50,288 nt of DNA. Origin: a virus. Lineage: Duplodnaviria > Caudoviricetes. Position 1 is the first letter of the stretch; every line of letters begins with the position of its first letter. The position numbers and the translations under genes are program-made. Below the pieces are notes generated by a model, which was given only the letters and a program-made list of their open reading frames with translations, did not search any database and was not told the origin of the DNA. Location: positions 1-50,288 of IMG/VR virus record IMGVR_UViG_3300025135_000008. One strand, 5' to 3'. Below are positions 1 to 9,001 of the stretch, in pieces.

Positions 1-2
1 AG

Positions 3-128
3 CAGGAAATCCAGCAGCTAATTAACCGCGCTATTCGCGAGCATGAGCTGCGTGTGGCGTTTTGGTCCGGGCTGCTTGGTGCTGCGTTAATGGCTGGCAC
101 TTGGCACGCAATTTGGCTTTGCCGTTAG
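3..128 (+). CDS. partial small membrane protein (5' end outside window)
   Basis: Manual translation QEIQQLINRAIREHELRVAFWSGLLGAALMAGTWHAIWLCR*: short helix plus one hydrophobic segment. Not in the ORF track; overlaps the 3' end of the VRR-NUC gene convergently. Confidence 0.5.
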   Translation, partial: QEIQQLINRAIREHELRVAFWSGLLGAALMAGTWHAIWLCR

Positions 129-458
129 CAATTGCTCTGCATCTTGAACACTTCTAGCAACACCAGCAATACCGCCAGCGGCTTGCACAACATCGAGCCA
201 TTGCTGTTGCTCTGGTCGAATGCGACCGGTTGCGCTTTTTACTTCAATGCTGGCAAATACAGCAACTTGCTGACCAACCATGTCAGGCGTGACAGTGACC
301 GTGCGCCAACCAATTAAATCAGCGCTGCCCTTGCAAAGGCCGAAGCTTACCGGCCTGCCGTGTTGATCCTTAAGCGTGCCGGTATTGTTTCGCATCAGCC
401 GCACTGAACCGCGACTACACGCAAGGCGTATTCTTTGCTGAATTTCTTGCTCGCTCAT
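87..458 (-). CDS. VRR-NUC domain nuclease (Holliday junction resolvase-like)
   Basis: Start MSEQEIQQRI at 458; GSADLIG...IEVKSATGRIRPEQQQW...AGG.AGVARS is the PD-(D/E)xK VRR-NUC pattern; next to the SF2 helicase. Confidence 0.85.
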   Translation of the reverse strand: MSEQEIQQRIRLACSRGSVRLMRNNTGTLKDQHGRPVSFGLCKGSADLIGWRTVTVTPDMVGQQVAVFASIEVKSATGRIRPEQQQWLDVVQAAGGIAGVARSVQDAEQLLTAKPNCVPSASH

Positions 459-472
459 CCAGCAAGGATAAC

Positions 473-1861
473 CTAAAACCCATAAGCCTCCGCGAGCCGC
501 TCTTTGTTGCGAGCGCGTAGAACGTTTTGCGCCCATGCATGTGGTTGCTTGTAGCCACGCTTTCGGCCAAGATCCACAAGCTGGTTAAATGTTCGCGCTT
601 GCTGTTGCTCACTCTTACGCACTTCGCTCATCTCACGCGGAGAGATCTCCTCCAATTGACCATCAACAACACGCAGCTCGCGTTTATCTACTGCAAACTC
701 ATGACCGCATTCGTCACACGCACGCACGCGAGATTGCAATGCAGCAAAACACTTGGGGCATACCTTAATACTGGGTGCCTTGTCACGCTGTTGCTTTTTC
801 TTGCCATCAAGCGACCACTCACGCTTTTCTAGATAGTGGCCAAGGCGCAATGTATTGCCAACATGATCAAGAATAACTGCAGCACTCTTGCCAGGTGATG
901 GGCGCAAGCAACGACCAACCATCTGCAGGTGTAAGCCTACTGATTGCGTAGGCCGCAGCAATATGCAGCCGCCAACGCTGGGAACATCAACACCTTCGCC
1001 AATCAACGCACAACTGGTTAGCACTTTGATGTCGCCAGTACCAAGCGCAGACAACAAATCACGACGACGAGCTGAGTCCATTGTTCCGTCAATACTTGCA
1101 GCCGCAATGCCATAAGAATTAAACATATCTGCTACTGCCTCGGCGTGCGCAACACTACAGCAAAACGCAATTGCAGTCTGGCCATCGAGGTGTTGGTTGT
1201 AATGCGTCAGGCAATCGCCCAATACATCACCACCGCGCATACGTGCTTCAGCGTCAGCAGCATCAAAATCACCCATCCGCTTACGCAAGCCGGTTACATC
1301 AAACCCAGGTGGCGCCAACACTTTGGCAGGTGACAGGAAGCCGTTGTCAGTCAACCATTGCGCAGACGGGCCTTCTACGATTTCTTGGTAATTCTCCCCG
1401 AGACCCCGACCATCTGCGCGGATTGGCGTTGCAGTAACACCAAGAACAGAGGCACTGCCAAACCAATCAAGCACTTTACGCCAAGTTCCAGCAGTTGTGT
1501 GATGCGCTTCGTCAATCACGATAAGGTTAAAGAAATCACGCGGCAGTTTATCTAACCGTCGCGCTAATGTTTGCACGCTGGCAACTTGAACTGGCTTTGT
1601 AAAGTCCATCGAACGGCCAGCAGCGATCAACCCATGCTCAATTGGCATGGCGCGGCTTGCCTGCTCCAGCAGCTCAGCGCGATGCACCAGGATGCACACG
1701 CGGCGGCCCTTGGCAGCAGCCTGCTCAGCGATGTGGCTAAAGACAACAGTCTTGCCGCCACCGGTCGGCAGCACGGCCAACGTGGCCTTCCTGCCAGCGC
1801 GGAAGCTGTTGCGGATGCCTTCCACCAGCTCCTGCTGGTAAGGTCGAAGGGTAACGGTCAT
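473..1861 (-). CDS. superfamily 2 DEAD/DEAH-type helicase with C-terminal Zn finger
   Basis: LRPYQ Q-motif, PTGGGKT, DEAHH, TATP, EGVDVP, QMVGRCLR, CPKC...CDECGH. Confidence 0.92.
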   Translation of the reverse strand: MTVTLRPYQQELVEGIRNSFRAGRKATLAVLPTGGGKTVVFSHIAEQAAAKGRRVCILVHRAELLEQASRAMPIEHGLIAAGRSMDFTKPVQVASVQTLARRLDKLPRDFFNLIVIDEAHHTTAGTWRKVLDWFGSASVLGVTATPIRADGRGLGENYQEIVEGPSAQWLTDNGFLSPAKVLAPPGFDVTGLRKRMGDFDAADAEARMRGGDVLGDCLTHYNQHLDGQTAIAFCCSVAHAEAVADMFNSYGIAAASIDGTMDSARRRDLLSALGTGDIKVLTSCALIGEGVDVPSVGGCILLRPTQSVGLHLQMVGRCLRPSPGKSAAVILDHVGNTLRLGHYLEKREWSLDGKKKQQRDKAPSIKVCPKCFAALQSRVRACDECGHEFAVDKRELRVVDGQLEEISPREMSEVRKSEQQQARTFNQLVDLGRKRGYKQPHAWAQNVLRARNKERLAEAYGF

Positions 1862-1941
1862 AACGGATAAAGGCTCTGGGTGCCTGTGTTGCCAATCCTA
1901 GCGGAACACGCTAGGGTCCGCAAGCCACTCGCGCCACGACA

Positions 1942-2118
1942 GTGCGCCTTGCCCATCCGCTATCGGTCCAGTTCAGCACTGAACAGATCGACTGGCTTGA
2001 TTCTCGTCGCGCACCGGGCTTATCACGCAGCGCAGCCATACGAGCTGTTGTTCAGCAAATGATGGACCTTAACACACGCGGCATTCTTCCACCTACCCAT
2101 ACCTTTAACAACAAGTGA
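1942..2118 (+). CDS. ribbon-helix-helix (CopG/Arc-like) DNA-binding protein, 58 aa
   Basis: Manual translation MRLAHPLSVQFSTEQIDWLDSRRAPGLSRSAAIRAVVQQMM...; beta strand, helix, G-x-SRS-xx-IR helix. Its TGA overlaps the primase GTG (GTGA 2115-2118). Not in the ORF track. Confidence 0.7.
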   Translation: MRLAHPLSVQFSTEQIDWLDSRRAPGLSRSAAIRAVVQQMMDLNTRGILPPTHTFNNK

Positions 2119-4625
2119 ATCGAATCCAAGACCTTACACGCGGCAGGTGGCCTGACCTGCTGCAATCACTTGCTGGCTTGTCAGCAGAACAACTAACTAA
2201 CAAGCATCAGCCATGCCCACTATGCGGCGGCAAGGATCGCTATAGATTTGATGATCACGAAGGCACAGGATCTTGGTATTGCAATAAGTGCGGCGGGAAG
2301 GATCACAATGGCGGCGGCGGATCTGGAATGGAGATGTTGATGCGCCGCAATGATTGGACATTCAAGGAAGCAGCAGAAAAGATTAATCAACGGCTTACGC
2401 CCATTCCACCACCAGAATTAAGCGGTTGGGACAAGGCTTGGCATTACACAGATACCTTCTATGTACTTAGGCGGGATTTGGCAAATGGTGAAAAGAAAAT
2501 TCGACCTTACCGGTTCAACGGTCAGAAATGGGAGTTCAAACATGTTGAGCGCAACCGCCCCATCCTCAACCAAGACGACATAGCAAAGAAACCCGGTGTT
2601 CCCGTCATCGTCGTTGAAGGGGAGAAATGCGCCGACGCTCTCCAGTTGCTGCTGCCTTCTCATTTGGTGACTGCCTGGCCGGGTGGGGCGAACTCGATCA
2701 ACTTAGTTGACTGGTCGCCGCTGGCCAATCGCAAGGTGATCCTGTGGCCCGACAACGATGACGCAGGAAGAATATGCATGGCAAAGCTTGCCGTAATACT
2801 ACTAAAAACCGGGGTAGAGCGTGTACGAATTATCAATCCACCAGCGGATAAGCCGGAAAAGTGGGATGTAGCAGATTCTGGCTTCAGTAGCGCTGATGCC
2901 ATTGCGTTTATTAAGGACCACCTGAGCGAACCAATTGAACTACCGGAGGAGCCAGAACAGCAAACCATCGAGGTCGAGACAGGGCCAAGGCTTGATAACA
3001 CCGCGCAGTTTGTCTGCCTTGGCTTCAATGACAGCAGCTACTACTACCAGCCATCCAGCACCGGCCAAGTTGTTGCGCTAAGCCGGTCAGCGCATACGGG
3101 CACCAACCTATGTGCATTGGCGCCCCTGTCCTACTGGGAGACCTTGTATCCATCCAAGATGGGTGTGAATTGGTCAGCAGCCGCATCCTCGCTATTTGAA
3201 CAGTCCGCCAAGGTGGGCGTGTACGACCCATCAAGGCTGCGCGGGCGAGGTGCGTGGTGGGACAACGACCGCTCAGTGCTCCACCTAGGCGACCGCATCA
3301 TCGTGGACGGCAGCGCCCAGCCAAGCAGTGATCGGCTAAGTAATAGCAAATACATCTATCAACGGTTAGCAGAGATTACATCACCCGAGATAAATAATCC
3401 GCTAACGGTTGAAGAATCAACCAAGATTTGCAGGCTTGCGGAGCGTTTCCTATGGGAGGTGCCAGCGTCCGGTTTGCTACTGGCAGGCTGGGTAACGCTT
3501 GCGCCGATCTGCGGTGTACTCGACTGGAGGCCGCACGCATGGCTTACCGCTGGTGCCGGGTCAGGCAAGAGCACAGTCATGGAGTGTTTTATCACACCAC
3601 TGCTGGGTGAGTTGGGGTTGATTGTTGTTGGCAACACAACAGAAGCTGGCATCCGCCAAGCACTTAAAGCTGATGCAAGGCCGGTTGTGTTTGACGAAGC
3701 AGAATCCAACGAAAGGTATGACCAACAGCGAATGCAGTCGATCCTGTCACTGGCAAGGATTGCATCGTTTGAATCCAGAGCAAACTTGCTTAAAGGCACG
3801 CCTGACGGAACAATTCAATCGTTTACAATTCGCTCCATGTTTTTTATGTCATCCATCGTAACTGCACTGAAACAGGGTGCAGATAAGACGCGATTTGCGC
3901 AACTGACATTACTGAATCCAAGGGAGGTGATCGCAGACACTGACAAGAGAGACAAGCAGTGGCATGAGCTGAAGCGAGACCTAGAGCAGAGCATTGACGA
4001 CAACGTTGGGCGGCGCCTGCAGGCGAGGACCATCAGCCTGATACCAGTAATACGCAAATCAATTGAAGTATTTTGCGAAGTAGCGGCCAAGGAGTTCGAT
4101 TCCCAGCGCCAAGGCGACCAATACGGCACATTGCTGGCGGGCGCGTGGTCCCTCATTTCAAATGAGCCCGCCACCCCAGGGCAAGCGCGAAAACTAATTC
4201 AAGACAATAATTGGGATTCGTACAGCCAGGCGACCGACAAGCCGGATGAGGTTGGCTGCCTCGAACGAATAATGCAACATCAAATACGTGTTGAAGGCGA
4301 ACGAACAGTCAGCCGTTCAATCGGTGAGTTAGTCGAAATTGCAATCTACCACAAAACCGATATAGACGTTCCTCCAGGGGAGGCGGATTCGACCCTTGGA
4401 AGGCACGGAATCAAGATCGCCAGGGAGGAGAAAGTGGTGATCATTTCCAACTCCGCTCAAGCCATTGCACATATTCTTCGTGATACTGCTTGGGCTAATT
4501 GTTGGCCGACTGTGCTCTTACGCCTGCCTTGTGCCAGTCGGGCGGGTGTCACATACTTTAAGGGCGCAGGTAGTACATCTAGGGGTGTAAAGGTCCCTTT
4601 TCTTACGCTCTTACAGGGGGTGTAA
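2115..4625 (+). CDS. primase-helicase (P4 alpha-type Zn-binding domain + TOPRIM + P-loop helicase)
   Basis: HQPCPLCGGKDRYRFDD..WYCNKCG Zn-binding domain; VVEGEKCADA and WPDND TOPRIM motifs; AGAGSGKS Walker A and VVFDEAE Walker B. Confidence 0.9.
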   Translation: MNRIQDLTRGRWPDLLQSLAGLSAEQLTNKHQPCPLCGGKDRYRFDDHEGTGSWYCNKCGGKDHNGGGGSGMEMLMRRNDWTFKEAAEKINQRLTPIPPPELSGWDKAWHYTDTFYVLRRDLANGEKKIRPYRFNGQKWEFKHVERNRPILNQDDIAKKPGVPVIVVEGEKCADALQLLLPSHLVTAWPGGANSINLVDWSPLANRKVILWPDNDDAGRICMAKLAVILLKTGVERVRIINPPADKPEKWDVADSGFSSADAIAFIKDHLSEPIELPEEPEQQTIEVETGPRLDNTAQFVCLGFNDSSYYYQPSSTGQVVALSRSAHTGTNLCALAPLSYWETLYPSKMGVNWSAAASSLFEQSAKVGVYDPSRLRGRGAWWDNDRSVLHLGDRIIVDGSAQPSSDRLSNSKYIYQRLAEITSPEINNPLTVEESTKICRLAERFLWEVPASGLLLAGWVTLAPICGVLDWRPHAWLTAGAGSGKSTVMECFITPLLGELGLIVVGNTTEAGIRQALKADARPVVFDEAESNERYDQQRMQSILSLARIASFESRANLLKGTPDGTIQSFTIRSMFFMSSIVTALKQGADKTRFAQLTLLNPREVIADTDKRDKQWHELKRDLEQSIDDNVGRRLQARTISLIPVIRKSIEVFCEVAAKEFDSQRQGDQYGTLLAGAWSLISNEPATPGQARKLIQDNNWDSYSQATDKPDEVGCLERIMQHQIRVEGERTVSRSIGELVEIAIYHKTDIDVPPGEADSTLGRHGIKIAREEKVVIISNSAQAIAHILRDTAWANCWPTVLLRLPCASRAGVTYFKGAGSTSRGVKVPFLTLLQGV

Positions 4626-4917
4626 GACGGTTTCCGAAAAACGGCCCTTGGTATGACTGCGATCTTACGATATTACGCTTCTTACGCTTACAGCGCAGGT
4701 ATAGCCCCCCCACACACACACACACAGTATAGTAGTACAAAAAGTAGTACATATTCTCTCTTTCTTGTATGTATGTCTTTAAGTGTAAGAAGTGTAAGAA
4801 AATAGGGACTCCCCTTGCGCCGCAGTCGATTTCGGTCTTACACTAGGTGTAAGAAGGTGTAAGAAATCTCGGCAAATCCCTGTAATCCCTTGGTATGACT
4901 GGTAATTTGCTGTAAGA
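4516..4917. repeat. iteron-like TCTTAC/GTAAGA cluster, putative replication origin
   Basis: TCTTAC at 4516, 4601, 4609, 4663, 4680, 4836; GTAAGA at 4622, 4785, 4794, 4849, 4859, 4912; central (CA)8 and AT-rich tract; at the end of and downstream of the primase-helicase gene. Confidence 0.7.
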
Positions 4918-4982
4918 AAACCCGTAACACCCACTTTTCCACTGGCTGGGTCCGCCAGCCTGTTTTCAGCCTCCCCGAAGCC

Positions 4983-5720
4983 ATGCGAAACATCAACTTC
5001 AACGCCCAGTCGATCCTTGGTCGAATCAACGCCATCGAGAGCACTCAGATCCGGTATGCGGGCACCCAGTCGATGAAGCGGCTTGGCTTTCAACTGCGCA
5101 ACGAGTTGTCCAAGGCGATGGCCAAAGATTTCAACAACCCGGTGCCGTTCACGCTCAACTCGCCCCTGTCTCTCGCCAATGGCTTGAGCGTGGTCATCAG
5201 TATCAACGCCGACCTTGGCGGGAAGGGCCAAGAGGCAGCGACGTACCTGTACCCGGTGAGCACGCAGGACAGCCGTGGCCGTAAGCCTGCGTATGCGACT
5301 CGGTTCCAGCGTGGCTTGTGGGAGCTGGGTGTGATACCACGCAACAACTACGTGCTGTCGTGGCTGCCTGGCGCGAGCGTGCCGCGCAACAGCTACGGGA
5401 ACACCTCAACGGGGTTTTTACAGGCAGTGCTGCAGGGGCTGAAGAACGAGGGAGGGCGCCTGAAGGACCCCAAGAGCGTCTACGGGGGCAATACGCGCTA
5501 TTTCAGCCAGCCTGACAACCGAAGGGCCGTCAAGGGGCCTTCTAGGCTCTCTCCGGGCATCTACCGCGTGAAGGGCAACCAGCTCGACCGGCTTTTCGGG
5601 TACGTGGACAGACAGCCGACGGTGCCGACCAAGTTTGACTTCGAGGGAATTGTCCGCAACAAATCAGCGGATTTGCTGCCGGGAATTTTGCGCCAAGAGC
5701 TTGACCGCGCTATGCGTTAG
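4983..5720 (+). CDS. phage protein, possibly tail-completion (gpZ-like) family
   Basis: 245-aa basic ORF; FNNPVPFTLNS resembles the FDRPTPFT motif of phage proteins often annotated as minor tail Z-like. Confidence 0.45.
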   Translation: MRNINFNAQSILGRINAIESTQIRYAGTQSMKRLGFQLRNELSKAMAKDFNNPVPFTLNSPLSLANGLSVVISINADLGGKGQEAATYLYPVSTQDSRGRKPAYATRFQRGLWELGVIPRNNYVLSWLPGASVPRNSYGNTSTGFLQAVLQGLKNEGGRLKDPKSVYGGNTRYFSQPDNRRAVKGPSRLSPGIYRVKGNQLDRLFGYVDRQPTVPTKFDFEGIVRNKSADLLPGILRQELDRAMR

Positions 5721-5729
5721 CTGTAGTAT
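5701..5729 (+). promoter_or_regulatory. putative sigma70-type promoter
   Basis: TTGACC-N17-TAGTAT ending 23 nt before the ATG at 5753. Confidence 0.4.
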
Positions 5730-5752
5730 TCCAAGCAGTTACCGCTTACCCG

Positions 5753-6448
5753 ATGCCAACCGTTACCGCGAAAGCCCTTGCTATCACTGCCGATGCTGCG
5801 TACAGGGCTGGGCGACCTGTGATGACCGATGCAGAGTTTGATGCCTTGGGCGTGGTGGTTCCATGCGCTGGGCGAGTGCTGTTGAGCTTGGACAAGCGAC
5901 CGATGGACGAGTGGCGGTGCCGTGAGATGGGGCCGTACACGGTGACGGGGAAGGTGGACGGTTGCGCGATTGCGCTTGCGTATGTGGGTGGCCGCCTGCA
6001 GGGTGCATGGACGCGAACAGGACGCTGCGCAATGCACGTGGCAACGCTTGTTGCCTCAGTGCCGCCCAGGATCGCCTCTAAGGCCCCTGTAACCCTCCGT
6101 GGGGAGCTGTATGGCCTAGATGGCCGCCAGAGCACCCCAGCAGCCTCTCTGAGGCGCAAGGCACCCAGCGGCGACGGTTTGGCCTTTGTGGGCTACGAGG
6201 TGCTGGGCAGCGCGGATGACCACAGCAAGCAACTGTGGTGGCTGGAGGGGCAGGGTGTTGACGTGCTGCGGTGGTGGCATTGCGCGAGTGCAGCGCAGGT
6301 GGTGAAGCTGCACCAGCGATGGCGAAACGGCGAGCTGTGGGCCGGGGTGCCAACAGATGGGATTGTTGTTCGGGTAGACGACGGCAATGCGTGTATGCAA
6401 ATGGGGCATGATGGCCGGGTGCCGCGTTACGCCATGGCGATGAAGTGA
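5753..6448 (+). CDS. NAD+-dependent DNA ligase-like protein, adenylation domain only
   Basis: AY..G.PVMTDAEFDAL (subdomain Ia), LLSLDK, KVDG (KxDG), LRGELY, FVGYEV, TDGIVVRVD, PRYAMAMK. Ends where the OB domain would begin. Confidence 0.8.
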   Translation: MPTVTAKALAITADAAYRAGRPVMTDAEFDALGVVVPCAGRVLLSLDKRPMDEWRCREMGPYTVTGKVDGCAIALAYVGGRLQGAWTRTGRCAMHVATLVASVPPRIASKAPVTLRGELYGLDGRQSTPAASLRRKAPSGDGLAFVGYEVLGSADDHSKQLWWLEGQGVDVLRWWHCASAAQVVKLHQRWRNGELWAGVPTDGIVVRVDDGNACMQMGHDGRVPRYAMAMK

Positions 6449-6636
6449 TGCATACTTTTTACCGCAACAAACAGGATTGGTACATTTTCCAACCCTGGAA
6501 GGCCAACGAGGTGCACGTGATGCGCGGCCACGGGAGGATAGGCGAAGCGCCAGGCTATAACCTAAGTGTCAAAGAAGCGGACAAATTTGCCGCTCAACTC
6601 AAACAAGAGGGTTACAGAAAATGCTCATCGCTATAG
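6445..6636 (+). CDS. hypothetical protein
   Basis: 63-aa ORF overlapping the upstream stop, in a co-directional gene run. Confidence 0.55.
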   Translation: MMHTFYRNKQDWYIFQPWKANEVHVMRGHGRIGEAPGYNLSVKEADKFAAQLKQEGYRKCSSL

Positions 6637-6669
6637 CAATTGCAAGCTTTTGCGCGACCGGTTGGTTAA

Positions 6670-6909
6670 ATGAACTGGACAACGATTTTGGCAAACGCAG
6701 GTATACCGGAGTCGCCGGGGAGGTCCGAGGCGCTTGCTGCGATGAAAGTACAAAGGGCGTACCATGTGCTGGTACGCGACCGCAAGACTGGACGCACCAG
6801 CTTGGAGGAGGTTAGGGCAAAGAGCTATCACGAAGCGTTAAAAACAGCGCGACAAGTTTACTCTAAACAAACAATTTTACGTTTACATGAAGCTTGCACT
6901 AATTCTTGA
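6670..6909 (+). CDS. hypothetical phage protein
   Basis: 79 aa; MNWTTILANAGIPESPGR N-terminus resembles small cyanophage ORFs (recollection). Confidence 0.55.
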   Translation: MNWTTILANAGIPESPGRSEALAAMKVQRAYHVLVRDRKTGRTSLEEVRAKSYHEALKTARQVYSKQTILRLHEACTNS

Positions 6910-7567
6910 CACTGAAACAACTGGCTTAACAGTTGAGACAGCAAAACTAATCGAAATCGGTGCGGTGTTATTTGACATTGAACATCGCGCACCAATTGCT
7001 CAGCTATCAACATTGCTGCCGTGTGCCAGCAACCCGGTAGAGCATATCAATAGGATTTCATCAGGACTGACCAATGCAACACCGTTGGCGGTACGCAAAT
7101 CTGCTGCTGATCTGCTGAGGCAGATGGCTGAAAGCGCAGATGTGTACTTGGCGCACAATGTGGCATTCGACAGGCAGTGGCTGGGAGCATTGCCTGATCG
7201 CCCATGGATTTGCACGATGGACGATTGCAGGTGGCCGAGGGCGCCAAGGGGCAAGGCACGGTTGTCGGTGACAGCGTTGGCGCTGGCGTATGAGGTGCCG
7301 GTGTGGGCAGCGCATAGGGCAATGACTGACTGCATCTACTTGGCACAGGTAATGGAGCGCGAGCCAGCATTGAGCGATGTGCTGGAGCAGGCGCAACAGC
7401 CACGGACGTGGTGGGTGGCGTCATTGAGTTACGAAAAGCGACAACTGGCAAAGGATGCAGGATTTGTGTGGGACCAGCAGGTGCCTAAGGCGTGGGCGCG
7501 AAAGATGACGATTGGCGAAGCGCAGGCGCTGCCGTTCGAGGTGCGGCCAGTTGCCTCTGCTTTGTGA
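6887..7567 (+). CDS. DnaQ-like DEDDh 3'-5' exonuclease
   Basis: LDTETTGL (ExoI), AHNVAFD (ExoII), AHRAMTDC (ExoIII). Confidence 0.88.
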   Translation: MKLALILDTETTGLTVETAKLIEIGAVLFDIEHRAPIAQLSTLLPCASNPVEHINRISSGLTNATPLAVRKSAADLLRQMAESADVYLAHNVAFDRQWLGALPDRPWICTMDDCRWPRAPRGKARLSVTALALAYEVPVWAAHRAMTDCIYLAQVMEREPALSDVLEQAQQPRTWWVASLSYEKRQLAKDAGFVWDQQVPKAWARKMTIGEAQALPFEVRPVASAL

Positions 7568-7616
7568 TACACTATTACAGCGACCAAAACCAAGGCCGCG
7601 CACTTTGCTTTTACAA

Positions 7617-8453
7617 ATGAATTACCACGAACACCCAGCGCTTTCGGCTAGCAAACTGAAAACGCTTGTGCTTGGCACGCCGCGTGATTATTGGGCGCGG
7701 TATCTGGATCCTGACCGCCAAGCGTTTAAACCCAGTGATGCAATGCGTCAAGGCAGCCTGGTAGACGCCATGTTGACGCAAACAGCAGAGATGCCATTGC
7801 TGTATGTAGTGGCACCTGATTGTGACCGACGCACTAAGGCTGGCAAAGAGATATGGGCCGAGGCCCAAGATCGCGCCGCCGAAACTGGTGGCGAGGTTAT
7901 CAGCCGCGAATGGTACGAGAATGGCCAGCGCATTGCTGACATGCTTTCTCAGGATGAAATCACAAGAGAGTTACTTGACGGCAGCGGTCAGAATCCACAC
8001 TTCTGGAATGACGCTGAGTTTGGTACGTCTTGCAGGTACATGCCTGACTGCGAAAATCCAAGCAATGGATTACTCGTAGACCTAAAGAAATCACGCAGTC
8101 CTGAGCCGCGTGCATTTCAGCGTCAAGCGTATGCGTTGGGCTATGACATCCAAATGGCTCATTACAGCGAAGGGTATCGCGACCGGTATGGCGAGTATCC
8201 AGAGCGTTGCGTGCTGCTGGCTTACCAGTGGGATTGGCCGCATAACTACAGCGTGAACGTGCTTACAGCGGACATGTTGGAGGAAGGGCGGCGCCGAAGG
8301 GAAGAGGGCATGGCGGTGCTGCGTGAATGCTACGAGCGCGACACATGGCCAAGCTGGGGTGTAGTTGACATGGATGCACCGCGTTGGCTGAATGTTGACG
8401 ATCCCGCGAACAAGACTGATGCTGACAACCTTGAATTGGAGGGGTTGGAATGA
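7617..8453 (+). CDS. RecE/exonuclease VIII-like PD-(D/E)xK nuclease
   Basis: Start MNYHEHPALSASKLK; GSLVD, DRRTKAGK, CRYMPD..LLVDLKKS, YDIQMAHY. Confidence 0.8.
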   Translation: MNYHEHPALSASKLKTLVLGTPRDYWARYLDPDRQAFKPSDAMRQGSLVDAMLTQTAEMPLLYVVAPDCDRRTKAGKEIWAEAQDRAAETGGEVISREWYENGQRIADMLSQDEITRELLDGSGQNPHFWNDAEFGTSCRYMPDCENPSNGLLVDLKKSRSPEPRAFQRQAYALGYDIQMAHYSEGYRDRYGEYPERCVLLAYQWDWPHNYSVNVLTADMLEEGRRRREEGMAVLRECYERDTWPSWGVVDMDAPRWLNVDDPANKTDADNLELEGLE

Positions 8454-9001
8454 CTATTACGTTTGATGACCTTTACCCTGGCCGGTTTCTTAAGGCTGGC
8501 AACATTGCAAACGGCAAGGCAACTTACACAATCAAGGCTGTTGTGCGTGAGCAAATTGAAGGCGAAAAGGGAATGGAAGATAAGGTCGTAATGAGCTTTG
8601 AGGAAACAGCAATGCAGCTAGTCTTGCCAAAAGTTAATGCTGTTGCAGTCAGGGCAATGTTTGGTAGCAATGTACAGGAATGGATTGGCAAGCGATTGAC
8701 GTTGTATGCAACAACAGAGATCATGCCATTTCCTAAGCGACGCAATGATCCATGCATCAGGGTATTTGGCAGCCCTGATATCAGTGAGGAGGTTGTATGC
8801 GAGTGGACGCCGCCCAAACGGCGTAAGCTTGTGCAAACGCTGCAGCCAACTGGCTATTACCAAGTTGCGTTGCGTGCGATCAAGCAATCAACACCGGACC
8901 AGGCGGCGAAACTGCAAGATCGTGTGCTACAATTGCATAGCTCCGGGGACCTAACGGAGCAAGAACACAAACTACTGCTTGAGCAAATCCATGAGCTTTA
9001 A
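8450..9001 (+). CDS. conserved phage protein, candidate recombination/ssDNA-annealing partner
   Basis: ATGA-coupled to the RecE-like gene; FLKA..., LVL.KVN, FG..EWIGKRLTLY. Function inferred from position only. Confidence 0.55.
   Translation: MTITFDDLYPGRFLKAGNIANGKATYTIKAVVREQIEGEKGMEDKVVMSFEETAMQLVLPKVNAVAVRAMFGSNVQEWIGKRLTLYATTEIMPFPKRRNDPCIRVFGSPDISEEVVCEWTPPKRRKLVQTLQPTGYYQVALRAIKQSTPDQAAKLQDRVLQLHSSGDLTEQEHKLLLEQIHEL

Noticed and set aside
4516-4917. CRISPR array or ncRNA
   Set aside because: Repeats are 6-9 nt, irregularly spaced and in both orientations. The ORFs called here (4779-5231, 4838-5044) look like shadow ORFs.
6445-6909. Frameshifted continuation (OB/Zn/HhH/BRCT) of the ligase
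   Set aside because: No VGRTG/TPVA-like OB motif or Cys4 finger in the listed downstream ORFs.
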